A DNA stretch of 64,000 bases from a virus (taxonomy: Duplodnaviria; Caudoviricetes). Of this stretch, positions 37,165 to 46,791 are shown piece after piece. Numbering within the stretch: the stretch's first letter is position 1; every line of letters begins with the position of its first letter. Made by a program: the position numbers and the translations under genes. The stretch lies in IMG/VR virus record IMGVR_UViG_2851419669_000001, positions 1,454-65,453 of that record. One strand, 5' to 3'. The notes under the pieces were generated by a model that was given only the letters and a program-made list of their open reading frames with translations, was not told the DNA's origin and ran no database searches.

Positions 37165-37800
37165 ATGGGTGAAAAGATTTTGGGATTAGTATTAACTATT
37201 GTTTTTGGATATATTACATATCGATTGTATAAAAACAGGAACATTAGGAAACGTTTGCGCGTAGGACTAATTATTTTTACAAGTATTCTCACAGTAGCAT
37301 CGTTATTTGGACCTTATACCAGTAACGATTCAACAAAAAATGTTGATAAAAGTGGGCGTAAAACTAAGACTAGTTCAGCTACTAAGACTACGAACAATGA
37401 AAATGAAAAATCTAGTAATGTGGTAGTAAAGCGTAATGCTAGAAGTAAGTCGAATGATGAACTTCAAAATAAAAATAAAGAAGAACTGATTTCAAATCTA
37501 AAAAAGGCAAATGATGATGTAAAAGTTGCTTTTAAGGATAATAATATTATTGTTACTATTGATAATGTCTATGTTGTTCCACCAGTAACAACTGCCGGAG
37601 ATACTGCATATTTGAGTGGAATTTTTAAAAGCATTAAAACTGTTCAGAATAAATGTAATACAAAATACCCAATAGTTTTTAAAGACTCCGATGGTGTAAT
37701 TGGATATGCAACATACATTGGTGACGGTTGGTATAAAGACCTAACTAATCATGACGGAAATAAGAAAGCTTATAATTTTAAAGATGAAATAGATAAGTAA
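37165..37800 (+). CDS. Membrane-anchored protein, superinfection-exclusion candidate
   Basis: Two N-terminal TM helices, S/T/K linker; location between repressor and integrase. Confidence 0.55.
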   Translation: MGEKILGLVLTIVFGYITYRLYKNRNIRKRLRVGLIIFTSILTVASLFGPYTSNDSTKNVDKSGRKTKTSSATKTTNNENEKSSNVVVKRNARSKSNDELQNKNKEELISNLKKANDDVKVAFKDNNIIVTIDNVYVVPPVTTAGDTAYLSGIFKSIKTVQNKCNTKYPIVFKDSDGVIGYATYIGDGWYKDLTNHDGNKKAYNFKDEIDK

Positions 37801-37865
37801 GCATTAACGGCAATAATATACTTTTAACTAAATATAATAAAAATAGTCCCCTAACCGGGCTTCAC

Positions 37866-37951
37866 GCGAGCGTAGTTCAACGGTAGAACGGTGCTCCTTT
37901 GAATTGCTAACTAGATACTAACAGATGTAGGTTCGACTCCTGCCGCTCGCA
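37866..37951 (+). ncRNA. tRNA-like RNA with aberrant anticodon region
   Basis: Acceptor GCGAGCG/CGCTCGC, D-arm and T-arm intact; ~36 nt centre without a canonical anticodon stem. Confidence 0.6.
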
Positions 37952-38006
37952 TTGACCAGTCAAGATGTCATGAAAAGCTAGAATATATTTTCAGGAGGAT
38001 ATTTAA

Positions 38007-38384
38007 TTGATTCAAGAATTCAAAGAATTTATCTCACGTGGTAATGTAATGGATTTAGCAGTCGGCGTTATTATTGGGGCTGCATTTACTGCTATCGTTA
38101 AATCATTGGTTAATAATTTAATAAATCCACTAATAGGTGTTTTTTTAGGGCAAATTGATTTCTCTAGCCTTGTTTTAAAAGTTGGCAATGCTACTTTTAA
38201 ATACGGTTCCTTTATTAATTCTGTCATTAATTTTTTGATTATTGCATTTGTGGTATTTTTACTAGTCAAAATGATTAATAAAATTATGCCTAAGAAGGAG
38301 GATGTCGAAGCCGATCCTATTCCAACAGCCGAGGAAAAATATCTTTCAGAAATTGTATCATTATTAAAGCAACAGAAAAAATAA
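38007..38384 (+). CDS. mscL: Large-conductance mechanosensitive channel
   Basis: [41 protein letters not shown]. Confidence 0.95.
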   Translation: MIQEFKEFISRGNVMDLAVGVIIGAAFTAIVKSLVNNLINPLIGVFLGQIDFSSLVLKVGNATFKYGSFINSVINFLIIAFVVFLLVKMINKIMPKKEDVEADPIPTAEEKYLSEIVSLLKQQKK

Positions 38385-38401
38385 TTGTAGTAAGAAATCA
38401 G

Positions 38402-38770
38402 GTGTCATTTATGGAAAAATCAGAAGATTTATCTACTAATGATTGGAAACAAGCACAGTCTGCCGTCTTCAAAGAGTACGAAGATTTTATTAAAAGAGTT
38501 CAAGAAAATGGTGTAGACTATGCTATTCAGCATGCAAGACGTTTAATAAATTACCAAAAATTAGTTACCGAATGGCAACATAAAATAAATATTTTAATGG
38601 ACGATCTATCTAATAACCCCGTCGCTTTAAGTGTTTTTAAAGATTTAGAAGAAGGAAACGAAAGTCATGTTTTGAGTAGAGCTTACGAGATTATGAAAAT
38701 GTGGCCAGAGTTTAACCCAGAACCATTAACCATTTGGCTAGAGCTCATCGAAGACTCAGATGATGAATAA
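38402..38770 (+). CDS. Hypothetical protein
   Basis: ORF in lysogenic accessory operon. Confidence 0.65.
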   Translation: MSFMEKSEDLSTNDWKQAQSAVFKEYEDFIKRVQENGVDYAIQHARRLINYQKLVTEWQHKINILMDDLSNNPVALSVFKDLEEGNESHVLSRAYEIMKMWPEFNPEPLTIWLELIEDSDDE

Positions 38771-38800
38771 TAAAACTAAATGTCAAAGGAAGAATTTCAA

Positions 38801-39082
38801 ATGAAGATTATCAACGTCGCATTGCATGTTAAACCAGAACTCAAAAAAGAATATGAAGATTTCATTCATGAACTTGTTATTAATTCAGCACAAGAAGCTG
38901 GTAATGAATTCTATGGACATTTCAAAAAGTTAGACGGTGATAATGATTACGAAATTATCGAACACTGGAAAGATCAAGAAGCCGTGGATTTCCATAATGA
39001 CACCCCTCATTTCCAGAAATTTCTAGCACACGTCAGTGACTATCTAACTTCAGAACCAGAAATTACCAGAATGGATTATTAG
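38801..39082 (+). CDS. ABM/putative quinol monooxygenase family protein
   Basis: S..E.GN..Y, E.W.D.EA...H..TPHF. Confidence 0.85.
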   Translation: MKIINVALHVKPELKKEYEDFIHELVINSAQEAGNEFYGHFKKLDGDNDYEIIEHWKDQEAVDFHNDTPHFQKFLAHVSDYLTSEPEITRMDY

Positions 39083-39136
39083 TTTTCTCGCTTTACAATT
39101 AAGTAAAAATAAATAGCACTTAATTGCAAAGCTTCT

Positions 39137-39210
39137 GGACCTTTAGCTCAGTTGGTTAGAGCAGACGGCTCATAACCGTCCGGTCGTTGGTTCGAGTCCA
39201 ACAAGGTCCA
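39137..39210 (+). tRNA. tRNA with CAT anticodon, probably tRNA-Ile2
   Basis: Cloverleaf; GGACCTT acceptor and GACGG-CTCATAA-CCGTC arm as in Bacilli Ile2 tRNA. Confidence 0.9.
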
Positions 39211-39214
39211 TGAT

Positions 39215-39285
39215 GCGAGTGTAGTTTAGTGGTAAAACGACAGCCTTCCAAGCTGTAGTCGCGGGTTCGATTCCCGTCACTCGCT
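39215..39285 (+). tRNA. tRNA-Gly(TCC)
   Basis: Cloverleaf, ACAGC-CTTCCAA-GCTGT. Confidence 0.93.
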
Positions 39286-39351
39286 TTGTAAAAAAATTTA
39301 TTTTAACAAAAATCAAATTAATATTGTATATACTAATGCGGGGATTAAAGT

Positions 39352-40446
39352 ATGAATAATAAAGGTACTTTTGAAATTTTAACAATTCCAGATGACACAA
39401 GTTACTGGTTAGTTCGTGCTGATGGTGGAAAATATCTAGATGACTACATTGAAAATTCTTTCATTTCGATTGCACATAATCAGGTAACTATCGAGTCAAT
39501 CCACTCCGATGATAGCCCCAAAGATGGTCTAAAAAACCCAGATATCCATCAAATGTACATTGATTCTTATCCTCATCAAACCAAACATTGGCAGACGATT
39601 GCCTCGTCTCAATGTTTTGAATTTATTAATAACATGAAAATTGGAGATGTTGTTCTTACGCCTGGTAAAAGTTCTGATTATTTTGCAATAGGTGTTATTA
39701 CAGGAGATCCATTCGATGCTGATAAATCAAAATTAAGAACAAAAAAAGAAAACTCCGGACCCAATGGAATTCAATATAAAGTCGATCAAAATCTAAAACG
39801 GCGAAACGTTACATGGATGAAAACAATACACAGATCATCACTCCCCGGCGAACTTTATTGGATTTTGTCTGCACATCAAGCAATTTTTAACATTTCAAGT
39901 TACGCGGAATACATTGATCCTTTAATATTTCCTCTTTTTCAAAAACATAAAAAAATTCATTTAACCGTCTACACCACATTAGAAGACGATTTAACTCTTG
40001 CAAATTGGCAAGGTATTGTCGAAATGGCAAAAGACGAACAGTCTAATTATTTACACCAAGTAGAACTACAAGCAGACGTTCATTGTCCGGGCACCTTAGG
40101 ATTTATAACTGGTCAGGAAAACATACAAGCAATTATAAACATCATTCACACAGTAGCTAGTCTTGGAGGGAATCAAGTAATTACTTTTGGTGGAATTGTT
40201 ACTTTAATCTCTTTAGTAATTGGGAAAGAGGGGAAGAAAAAAGGCATTCTGAATTGGTGGGATGATTACCGAATCTCGCACATACAAAAGAAGGCCGAAC
40301 TTAAACGTCTCAAACAAGAAACAAAAAATGTTCCTGATGAAGTGAAGAATATCAAACCTCAGATCAAGGATGTTGGAACCGTAATTTCACACGAAAACCT
40401 AAGATCGAAGGAAAAGCCAGAGAATGATCAGGAACCAGAGAAATAA
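39352..40446 (+). CDS. EVE/PUA-like domain protein with C-terminal hydrophobic helices, defence candidate
   Basis: YWLVRA..G, F...MKIGDVVL.P...FAIG.I, R.V.W motifs; hydrophobic segment near aa 260-290. Confidence 0.6.
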   Translation: MNNKGTFEILTIPDDTSYWLVRADGGKYLDDYIENSFISIAHNQVTIESIHSDDSPKDGLKNPDIHQMYIDSYPHQTKHWQTIASSQCFEFINNMKIGDVVLTPGKSSDYFAIGVITGDPFDADKSKLRTKKENSGPNGIQYKVDQNLKRRNVTWMKTIHRSSLPGELYWILSAHQAIFNISSYAEYIDPLIFPLFQKHKKIHLTVYTTLEDDLTLANWQGIVEMAKDEQSNYLHQVELQADVHCPGTLGFITGQENIQAIINIIHTVASLGGNQVITFGGIVTLISLVIGKEGKKKGILNWWDDYRISHIQKKAELKRLKQETKNVPDEVKNIKPQIKDVGTVISHENLRSKEKPENDQEPEK

Positions 40447-40588
40447 ATATTGGAATAACAAGAATGGAAAATATCCAAATGGCAAAGGGAATATAACTAT
40501 GAATTAGCGGCCACAGTATTAATGCAATGAATGTCGACTCCATTGACGTTAACATAAGATATGCTACTACCTTCTTCATAACCTTCAC
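40364..40588 (-). CDS. Small membrane protein
   Basis: AAAGGAAG RBS, hydrophobic; overlaps the convergent gene's 3' end. Confidence 0.45.
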   Translation of the reverse strand: MKVMKKVVAYLMLTSMESTFIALILWPLIHSYIPFAIWIFSILVIPIFISLVPDHSLAFPSILGFRVKLRFQHP

Positions 40589-40735
40589 TTCCTTTCTTCC
40601 ACTTACATATGATTACACATATCATATATAAAATAAACAGCACTTTACTACTTTAGTGCTTTTATTTTAGTACATAAAAGAACATACGTTTGGAAATGTC
40701 AGCCTATTGTTATTTCCAGTTGGGAGGAATAAAAC

Positions 40736-41857
40736 ATGTCAGTAACCAAACTGAATAATGGTAAATGGCAAGCCCGTGTCTCTTATAAAGATGATGACGG
40801 TAACTATAAGTCAGTTACTCATTTAGAAAAGCGCAAAACTGACGCTGTTGAGTGGGAAACTAAAACTAAGAATGCTCTGTTGGAAGGTGCTGACTTATCA
40901 CGTAGCACCGAGAGTCTAAAACACTACTTTCTTGATTGGATCAGAATTTACAAAACTGACGGCGTATCGCGTCATACCCACGAGCTATATATGGGCAACT
41001 GGCGCCACGTCTCTGCCTATTTTAAGGATAAACCTATGAGCTCAATTAAACGCCCAGATTACCAGAAGTTCCTGAATGAATTTGGCCGCAGTCATGGAAT
41101 TGCCACATCTCACAAGCTTCATCAACAAGTACACACCGCAATCAAGGACGCTGTAGCCGATGGTATTCTAAAACGTGACTTTGCTTACAAGGCACACGTC
41201 ACTGGACGCCCTCCTAAGCCTGTAGAGGAAAAGTATTTAACGTTGTCCGATTATAAGAAGCTGCGTAGATATCTCATTAAAACGGCTGATTATGACCACA
41301 TGACTATGCTGATGATGCTGTTTCAATTAGAAACTGGGACCAGGTTCGAGGAAGCTGCTGGTCTGACGTGGGATAATTTGGATTTGAATAATGGAATAGT
41401 TCACATTAAACAGCAATGGGATGCACGTAGACAGACTTTTCGTCCAACTAAAGGAAATGGACAGGCCGATGGAGATATAACCATAGGACCCGCCTACTGT
41501 CGTTTTATGAGGAGTTATCGCAGTGCGCAGAAAGATTATTTAGAACTACACGAAATGAAAAACCCTAAGAACCTCGTATTTTGGTCCAAACTAGGAAAAA
41601 TAGTGGGCAATGGGAATGCAAACGAAGAGCTAGGACGTATTTGTAATCGCCTAAAGATCAATAAAGTTACAACACACGCCATGAGACACACACACGCTTC
41701 GATTCTTATCTTAAATCATGAGTCCCTTCCCTATGTTCAACATCGCCTTCGACATCAGAAACTAGAAACGACCGTTAACACCTACGTCCATCTTATTGAA
41801 GAAGAAAACGGCGTGTCAGATAAGAAGGCTACCGAGCTAATGGACGAAGGATTTTAA
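40736..41857 (+). CDS. int: Prophage tyrosine integrase
   Basis: TG.R..E, HAMRHTHAS, RL.H.....T...Y; next to att. Confidence 0.95.
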   Translation: MSVTKLNNGKWQARVSYKDDDGNYKSVTHLEKRKTDAVEWETKTKNALLEGADLSRSTESLKHYFLDWIRIYKTDGVSRHTHELYMGNWRHVSAYFKDKPMSSIKRPDYQKFLNEFGRSHGIATSHKLHQQVHTAIKDAVADGILKRDFAYKAHVTGRPPKPVEEKYLTLSDYKKLRRYLIKTADYDHMTMLMMLFQLETGTRFEEAAGLTWDNLDLNNGIVHIKQQWDARRQTFRPTKGNGQADGDITIGPAYCRFMRSYRSAQKDYLELHEMKNPKNLVFWSKLGKIVGNGNANEELGRICNRLKINKVTTHAMRHTHASILILNHESLPYVQHRLRHQKLETTVNTYVHLIEEENGVSDKKATELMDEGF

Positions 41858-42076
41858 AAATGATAATTTTATGATTGCTGTAGTCCTTGTGCCGCAAGGG
41901 ATTACAAAATCATTTGTTAATTTTTCTTCCAAAAACTGCTATATTTTGGCTACTTTTTTCGTTTTTGGAAGAATCGTGGAAGAACATATCGAGTTTGAGT
42001 GGTTTTCGAGTGTAAAACAAAAGCACCAAAACGCCTTTATATCAGCGTTTTGGTGCTTTGTCGTTTCTCTATATTT

Positions 42077-42097
42077 GTCGACTTATCACCCGCACGG
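42077..42097. repeat. Prophage att core, right copy
   Basis: Identical to 192..212; overlaps tRNA-Glu 3' end. Confidence 0.93.
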
Positions 42098-42157
42098 GGA
42101 TCGAACCCGTAACTCCGCCTTGAGAGGGCGACGTCTTAACCAATTTGACCAGCGGGC
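42086..42157 (-). tRNA. tRNA-Glu(CTC)
   Basis: Cloverleaf, TCGCC-CTCTCAA-GGCGG. Confidence 0.93.
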
Positions 42158-42207
42158 ACAAATTCATTTATTATCTTACCGAATGATAAGCGGCTTGTCA
42201 AATATAA

Positions 42208-42429
42208 TTAAGATTTTTGCCACCTAAAAATCGTCACAACAACTAAACCAACAAATAAGAGCAAACAGTAGGCCACACTACACCAAAAAACGAAAGTCAA
42301 TAATTGCGGTAACAAAAAGCTGCGCATAACTGCTAATCCGATGGCCGTGACCGCCCATACGATCAATTGTTGTCGCAGATGATCGAATAAATGATCTAAT
42401 TCTGACTTCGACATACACTCACCTTCCAT
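42208..42429 (-). CDS. Small host membrane protein
   Basis: Two TM helices; lies between the two tRNAs, outside both elements. Confidence 0.65.
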   Translation of the reverse strand: MEGECMSKSELDHLFDHLRQQLIVWAVTAIGLAVMRSFLLPQLLTFVFWCSVAYCLLLFVGLVVVTIFRWQKS

Positions 42430-42548
42430 TCAACTAGTTTAGCCACCAACTGATACGATATTCAAGCAAAAATGCAAAAAATAGACACAAAGTTTCAGCA
42501 AAGTCTTGACAGTATTTGCTGGAAAAGTTACTATTAAATAGTTGTTAT

Positions 42549-42621
42549 TGGGTATTCGCCAAATTGGTAAGGCAGCGGACTCTGAATCCGTAATTTACTG
42601 GTTCGAGCCCAGTATACCCAA
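42549..42621 (+). tRNA. tRNA-Gln(CTG)
   Basis: Cloverleaf, GCGGA-CTCTGAA-TCCGT. Confidence 0.92.
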
Positions 42622-42622
42622 T
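42608..42622. repeat. Satellite att core, left (CCCAGTATACCCAAT)
   Basis: Identical to 56998..57012; 3' end of tRNA-Gln. Confidence 0.9.
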
Positions 42623-42720
42623 ATTCGTTATCAGCTGTTATCATTGGTTGTCAAAAACACCGTGATTACAGCTTTTTTATTACTCTAGTTTGTCATTGGT
42701 TGTCATCTCTTTTCACTAAA

Positions 42721-42742
42721 AGTCAGCCAAAAGGACAGCCAA
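42721..42742. repeat. Probable integrase arm site AGTCAGCCAAAAGGACAGCCAA
   Basis: Identical copy at 56904..56925; both lie within ~100 bp of the att cores. Confidence 0.7.
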
Positions 42743-42834
42743 AAATATAACAAAAAAAGCCACTGTTTCCAGTGACTTAATACTTGCGCGGGGCAGTGAC
42801 TGTTAGCCAACTTTGGTTAACAGTTTTTTTATTG

Positions 42835-43140
42835 TTAAGCCATTAGTCTAACGCTTATTATCAAGGCAATGACTGCGATAGTAATGTGTATCACAAAAAT
42901 AACCTTTCTTATAGTTTTAGGTTCATGATAAGCAGACGGCCAATGCACAAAATCAAGCACTGACAAAACCATAAAATTAAACGTTAATAATTTTATTCCA
43001 AAAACAGGTACCGGCGTAGATAAACATAAAACTATGGGGCCATCTTGAAATATGCTAAAAACTATCAAATAAGCCGGAACAATTAACAATATAATATTTA
43101 AAGTAACTTCAAACAACCATTTTTTTATAAAAGAACTCAT
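42835..43140 (-). CDS. Satellite accessory membrane protein
   Basis: About three TM helices, AT-rich, terminal cargo position. Confidence 0.6.
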   Translation of the reverse strand: MSSFIKKWLFEVTLNIILLIVPAYLIVFSIFQDGPIVLCLSTPVPVFGIKLLTFNFMVLSVLDFVHWPSAYHEPKTIRKVIFVIHITIAVIALIISVRLMA

Positions 43141-43222
43141 TTACAAGGACACTCCAGCAAATATTTAACTGCACATTATTAATTATACACTAAAATTGTT
43201 GAAGTTTGGCTATAGTAGGCAT

Positions 43223-43603
43223 TCAAACCGTTAGATCACTGTAAAATTTTGCAAAAGCGTGTAATGCTTCATTCTTCATATAATTAAACTTGCTGACACT
43301 AACCGATAATTGGCCACAAGCTTCACTGCGGCTGAAACGTTTCTTAATAATGTAATCATGTAAGATGAACTGATATTGTGGATCATCAATTGCATTTAGG
43401 GCGTCTTCGACTTCTTTTAACTGGTAAGACAAATCAACGTGGTTTATCAGGCGGCTTTCAGCACCGTTTCGGCTGCTATGGCTTGATACTCCATCGAACG
43501 AGGGACTAGAAACTTGATTAAAAGCCGTCAATTCACGTTTTAGTTTGGCATATTGCTTTAATAAATTACAAATCTTCTTAACATCTTGGCGCATTAGAAT
43601 CAC
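43223..43603 (-). CDS. ArpU/RinA-like transcriptional regulator
   Basis: LLKQY, SSPSFDG, C-terminal HTH ending AL..FA..Y. Confidence 0.75.
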   Translation of the reverse strand: MILMRQDVKKICNLLKQYAKLKRELTAFNQVSSPSFDGVSSHSSRNGAESRLINHVDLSYQLKEVEDALNAIDDPQYQFILHDYIIKKRFSRSEACGQLSVSVSKFNYMKNEALHAFAKFYSDLTV

Positions 43604-43744
43604 ACTTTCTGATCCCAGATATATGTATTAAAAAAACGGGGCTATTGCACCCCGTCTTGACTAATATCAACACTTATATTATAGCACTTAAAACAAATAT
43701 TTTCACCTATAATTGTTTAAAATGAATCATATTCACTTTAAAAC

Positions 43745-44014
43745 TTATCCGGTTACTAAACCGCGCAATTGTTGAATCATGCTAACAACTTGATACGGTG
43801 TCTTTGTCATATCGGTTACCCGGTTTTGATACCAGAATTGTGTCAGCAAGGACACGGCAAAATCGTACTGTTTGTAGCCAGTCAAATCTCCATTTTTGCT
43901 AACAGCTGTCTGTACGTAGTCCTTGGCGGCGTCTAAATAGCTTTGGATCATTGGGTCATCTTCGGTTACGTCAATTCTTAGGCTTAGTTTAATATCATCA
44001 ACGGTTACAGCCAT
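43745..44014 (-). CDS. Head-tail connector (HK97 gp6-like)
   Basis: K..LRID..EDD..I..Y..AA, WY.NR, I.QLR. Confidence 0.9.
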   Translation of the reverse strand: MAVTVDDIKLSLRIDVTEDDPMIQSYLDAAKDYVQTAVSKNGDLTGYKQYDFAVSLLTQFWYQNRVTDMTKTPYQVVSMIQQLRGLVTG

Positions 44015-44129
44015 GTAATCACTTCCTTTGTGGGGGTAACGATTCGTTCCCCCCCTTAGTTTTAATTTATGTATAGGGGTGTCCATTTTAGACACCCCCT
44101 TGTATAACCGTGCCCAAAAGTGGGTACGA

Positions 44130-45695
44130 TTATTTACCAGGCGTGGTTTTTAACGCCACGTTGATTGCAGCGGTCTTATCAATCACTTTATAATCGTTCC
44201 GCACAATGACGGAAAGACCTTGGCTAAACTGGTCAAACTTGTCCCATTGGGCGGTTACTTGGTTACGCCGGAAAACCGCCACCGCTTGTGATAAGTCCCC
44301 CACAATCATTGGGGAAGTCCCGTCGACGTTGTTGGCCAGTAACTTGTCACTAATCATGACGACTGGCGCCCCTAACAAGGTGAAGCCACTGGGTGCCGTT
44401 GGGTTCGGTTGTAACAGGTAACGTCCCTCGGAATCTTTCAAGGTATCAAGGTAGTTGAACCCGGACTGGTTCACTAACCACATTTTGCTCAAAGCGGGAT
44501 CTAACGTCACATTGAAAATCTTTTTAAGATCATCAATATTGGTAGCCGTTGCTTTGGTGAAACTGGTTCCCGTTAACAAACTCATAATCTGCGTGTTGTC
44601 CGTGTTATCAACCAATTGTTGTAATTGGTTTTTAACTTCGCTGACAATATCAACTTCGGCGTCTTCCACCACTTCATTAGATAAGGCAATCTTACCCGCC
44701 CGGGTCTTCACATCAAATGGCACTTCCGTAAACATGTTCGCGTTAACGTCGGCAATTTCCGCTAGTTCTTCCTTAGTAGCCAATACCGCAGATTGTCGGC
44801 TAGTAGCAATTGGATAAGTCCCGGAACCACTAGAAACTTGCTTGACTGTCGCATATTGGGCAAGATTGTAATTGGATTGCTTTAATTGGAAAACGGGGGT
44901 AATCAGTTCCTTAGGAATAACCGCGCTGACCCCGTCAGTCTTTAAACCGTCCCGTGTTTCCCCGTGTGTCCGTACATATTGTTCAAATGCCGGAACACCG
45001 GTTTTGCTTTCATTGCCATTAGGATCAATAATTGTTTGTTTTGTCATGTTGTCAGGCTCCTTTGCTTGATTGATAAATTTTTCGTAACTACGACTTTCAA
45101 TTTGAATCACTTGCTGAACACTCGACTGCCCATAACTTGGAATGGCCGTAGTCGTTAATTCGTATAAGTCTTTGATATGATTAACCGTCCGGGTCACTTG
45201 ACCACTCGCAGTATCTTGCGTCCAAGTATCATCGCCATTGTCTAAATCAAAGGTAAACGAGCACCCACCGATTACCCCATTTTTAATATTGTTATACGTA
45301 TCCATCGCATAACTAACGCTAGGGTCTAGCTCCGCCGTAAACTTTAAACCCGTATCATCAACGCTCGTGGTGAGGGTCCCGTTGTCGGCCCGGGCTAACG
45401 GTTGCGCCCAATTATGACTATTCAATAGGACTAATTTTGATAAGTCCAAGCCATCAAGGGCGGCGGGATCAATCATTTCAACAAATTCAGTGCCATCATT
45501 CGTACTCATTTTCAATGAGGGACTATTGAACACTACGGCATAACCAGAAATAACCGGCTTGCCATCAACTTGTTGGGCTTGCGTGGCTGGTTCACCAGGA
45601 TTAGACTGATCCTGATTTTCGGGTTTGGTTGGAACGGCGTCACGTTTTTCGGCTTTCAGTTCGGCCGCTAAGGTAAATCGTTGCTTATTCTTCAC
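44130..45695 (-). CDS. Fused prohead protease-major capsid protein (HK97 fold)
   Basis: N-term ISGYAVVFN, F.E.I...A, CSFTF, YELT..AIPSY; C-term LKDSEGRYLLQP, TLLGAPV, GDL. Confidence 0.9.
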   Translation of the reverse strand: MKNKQRFTLAAELKAEKRDAVPTKPENQDQSNPGEPATQAQQVDGKPVISGYAVVFNSPSLKMSTNDGTEFVEMIDPAALDGLDLSKLVLLNSHNWAQPLARADNGTLTTSVDDTGLKFTAELDPSVSYAMDTYNNIKNGVIGGCSFTFDLDNGDDTWTQDTASGQVTRTVNHIKDLYELTTTAIPSYGQSSVQQVIQIESRSYEKFINQAKEPDNMTKQTIIDPNGNESKTGVPAFEQYVRTHGETRDGLKTDGVSAVIPKELITPVFQLKQSNYNLAQYATVKQVSSGSGTYPIATSRQSAVLATKEELAEIADVNANMFTEVPFDVKTRAGKIALSNEVVEDAEVDIVSEVKNQLQQLVDNTDNTQIMSLLTGTSFTKATATNIDDLKKIFNVTLDPALSKMWLVNQSGFNYLDTLKDSEGRYLLQPNPTAPSGFTLLGAPVVMISDKLLANNVDGTSPMIVGDLSQAVAVFRRNQVTAQWDKFDQFSQGLSVIVRNDYKVIDKTAAINVALKTTPGK

Positions 45696-46791
45696 TCGTA
45701 TTCACTCCATTCTTTTGTAAGTTTAAGAAAATATTGCCATCGTCAGTTGGTGGCAAGCCAATCTTGGCCCGAGCTTCGTTACGGCTCATAACGCCACCAG
45801 TGAAACCAGCCACCGCTTGGGCTTGTTGCGTTTGCGGATCAAGGCTCAATAGCTTGTCCGTATTAAACGTAAAGTCATGACCAAACTTGAACGACAGCTC
45901 GCTGGTAAAGCTATCAAAGTAATGTTGCAACGTCCCTTGTAGATACTGCACGCCACTTTGTTCTTGGTTAGAATGATCGTTTTCAACCCCTAAGCGCTCC
46001 GGTGGTAAGCCAAAAGCCTTAGCAATTTGTCGGGTCGTCCAGTCATTAGAATTGACCAGCTTTAATACATCGGTATTTAAGGATAAGTTGCTAATGTCCA
46101 TCGTATCGTCAGTCACAATCGTGTTTACCGCATTGTCACCCGTATTGGCTTCATCAAACTGTTTACGAATATTGTCCTTAGCTTCCGGCCCTAAATCAGA
46201 TTGATGGACTTTAATAATCGTGGTGCCGTGCACACCAGCAGTAAAAAAGCCGGTTAGCAATTTATTGCCGGCCGACTGAATCTGGCGTTCATCTTTGAGG
46301 GCATATAGGGGACTAATTCCCGATACACCGTCTTTGGTGAAATATTTAAAATGTAAAATGTTGTTAGGCGCGATCTGACGACTGTTACCGCCAGTTGGGG
46401 TATAGGTGTAGGTCAACGCCCCACTGACGTCATCTTGTTCAACTGTCAATTGGTTATTGGCAATCAATTTCAACGTATGATTAGGCAAAATCTCGGCAAA
46501 ACTATTGCCATTGAGTAACAGGTTAGCCGCTAACGCATATTTAAAATGGTACCCGTCCATCTGACTATTGGGGGTCTGATTAATCATCGTGTTAAAGATT
46601 GCTGTATCACACATAATTGGATTGCTGGCAATATCGCTCGCAATAATATTAATCGCCGCGTAAATGTCACTATTACGCAACACCGCCGCACTCACAAACG
46701 TATACGGGTCGTTGCTTGATAAACTAACCAAGGCGTCAGCCACCGGATCATGCGTGCCGCTGGTGGTATTGCTTTTAACAAAAAAACTCAT
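45685..46791 (-). CDS. Portal protein, HK97 type
   Basis: LLLNGNSF, ILHFK....DG..GISPL, IAKAFGLPP, NEAR...GLPP. Confidence 0.92.
   Translation of the reverse strand: MSFFVKSNTTSGTHDPVADALVSLSSNDPYTFVSAAVLRNSDIYAAINIIASDIASNPIMCDTAIFNTMINQTPNSQMDGYHFKYALAANLLLNGNSFAEILPNHTLKLIANNQLTVEQDDVSGALTYTYTPTGGNSRQIAPNNILHFKYFTKDGVSGISPLYALKDERQIQSAGNKLLTGFFTAGVHGTTIIKVHQSDLGPEAKDNIRKQFDEANTGDNAVNTIVTDDTMDISNLSLNTDVLKLVNSNDWTTRQIAKAFGLPPERLGVENDHSNQEQSGVQYLQGTLQHYFDSFTSELSFKFGHDFTFNTDKLLSLDPQTQQAQAVAGFTGGVMSRNEARAKIGLPPTDDGNIFLNLQKNGVNTSEE

Larger units (their letters stand above)
192..42097. mobile_element. Temperate siphovirus prophage integrated at 3' end of tRNA-Glu(CTC)
   Basis: Full module set (int, repressor/Cro, replication, ArpU, terminase, portal, capsid, tail, lysin, holins) bounded by a 21-bp direct repeat overlapping the tRNA-Glu 3' end. 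Confidence 0.95.

Noticed and set aside
39170-39400. 76-aa minus ORF
   Set aside because: Antisense translation of two tRNA genes
41871-42227. 118-aa ORF after integrase
   Set aside because: Spans att, a terminator and tRNA-Glu
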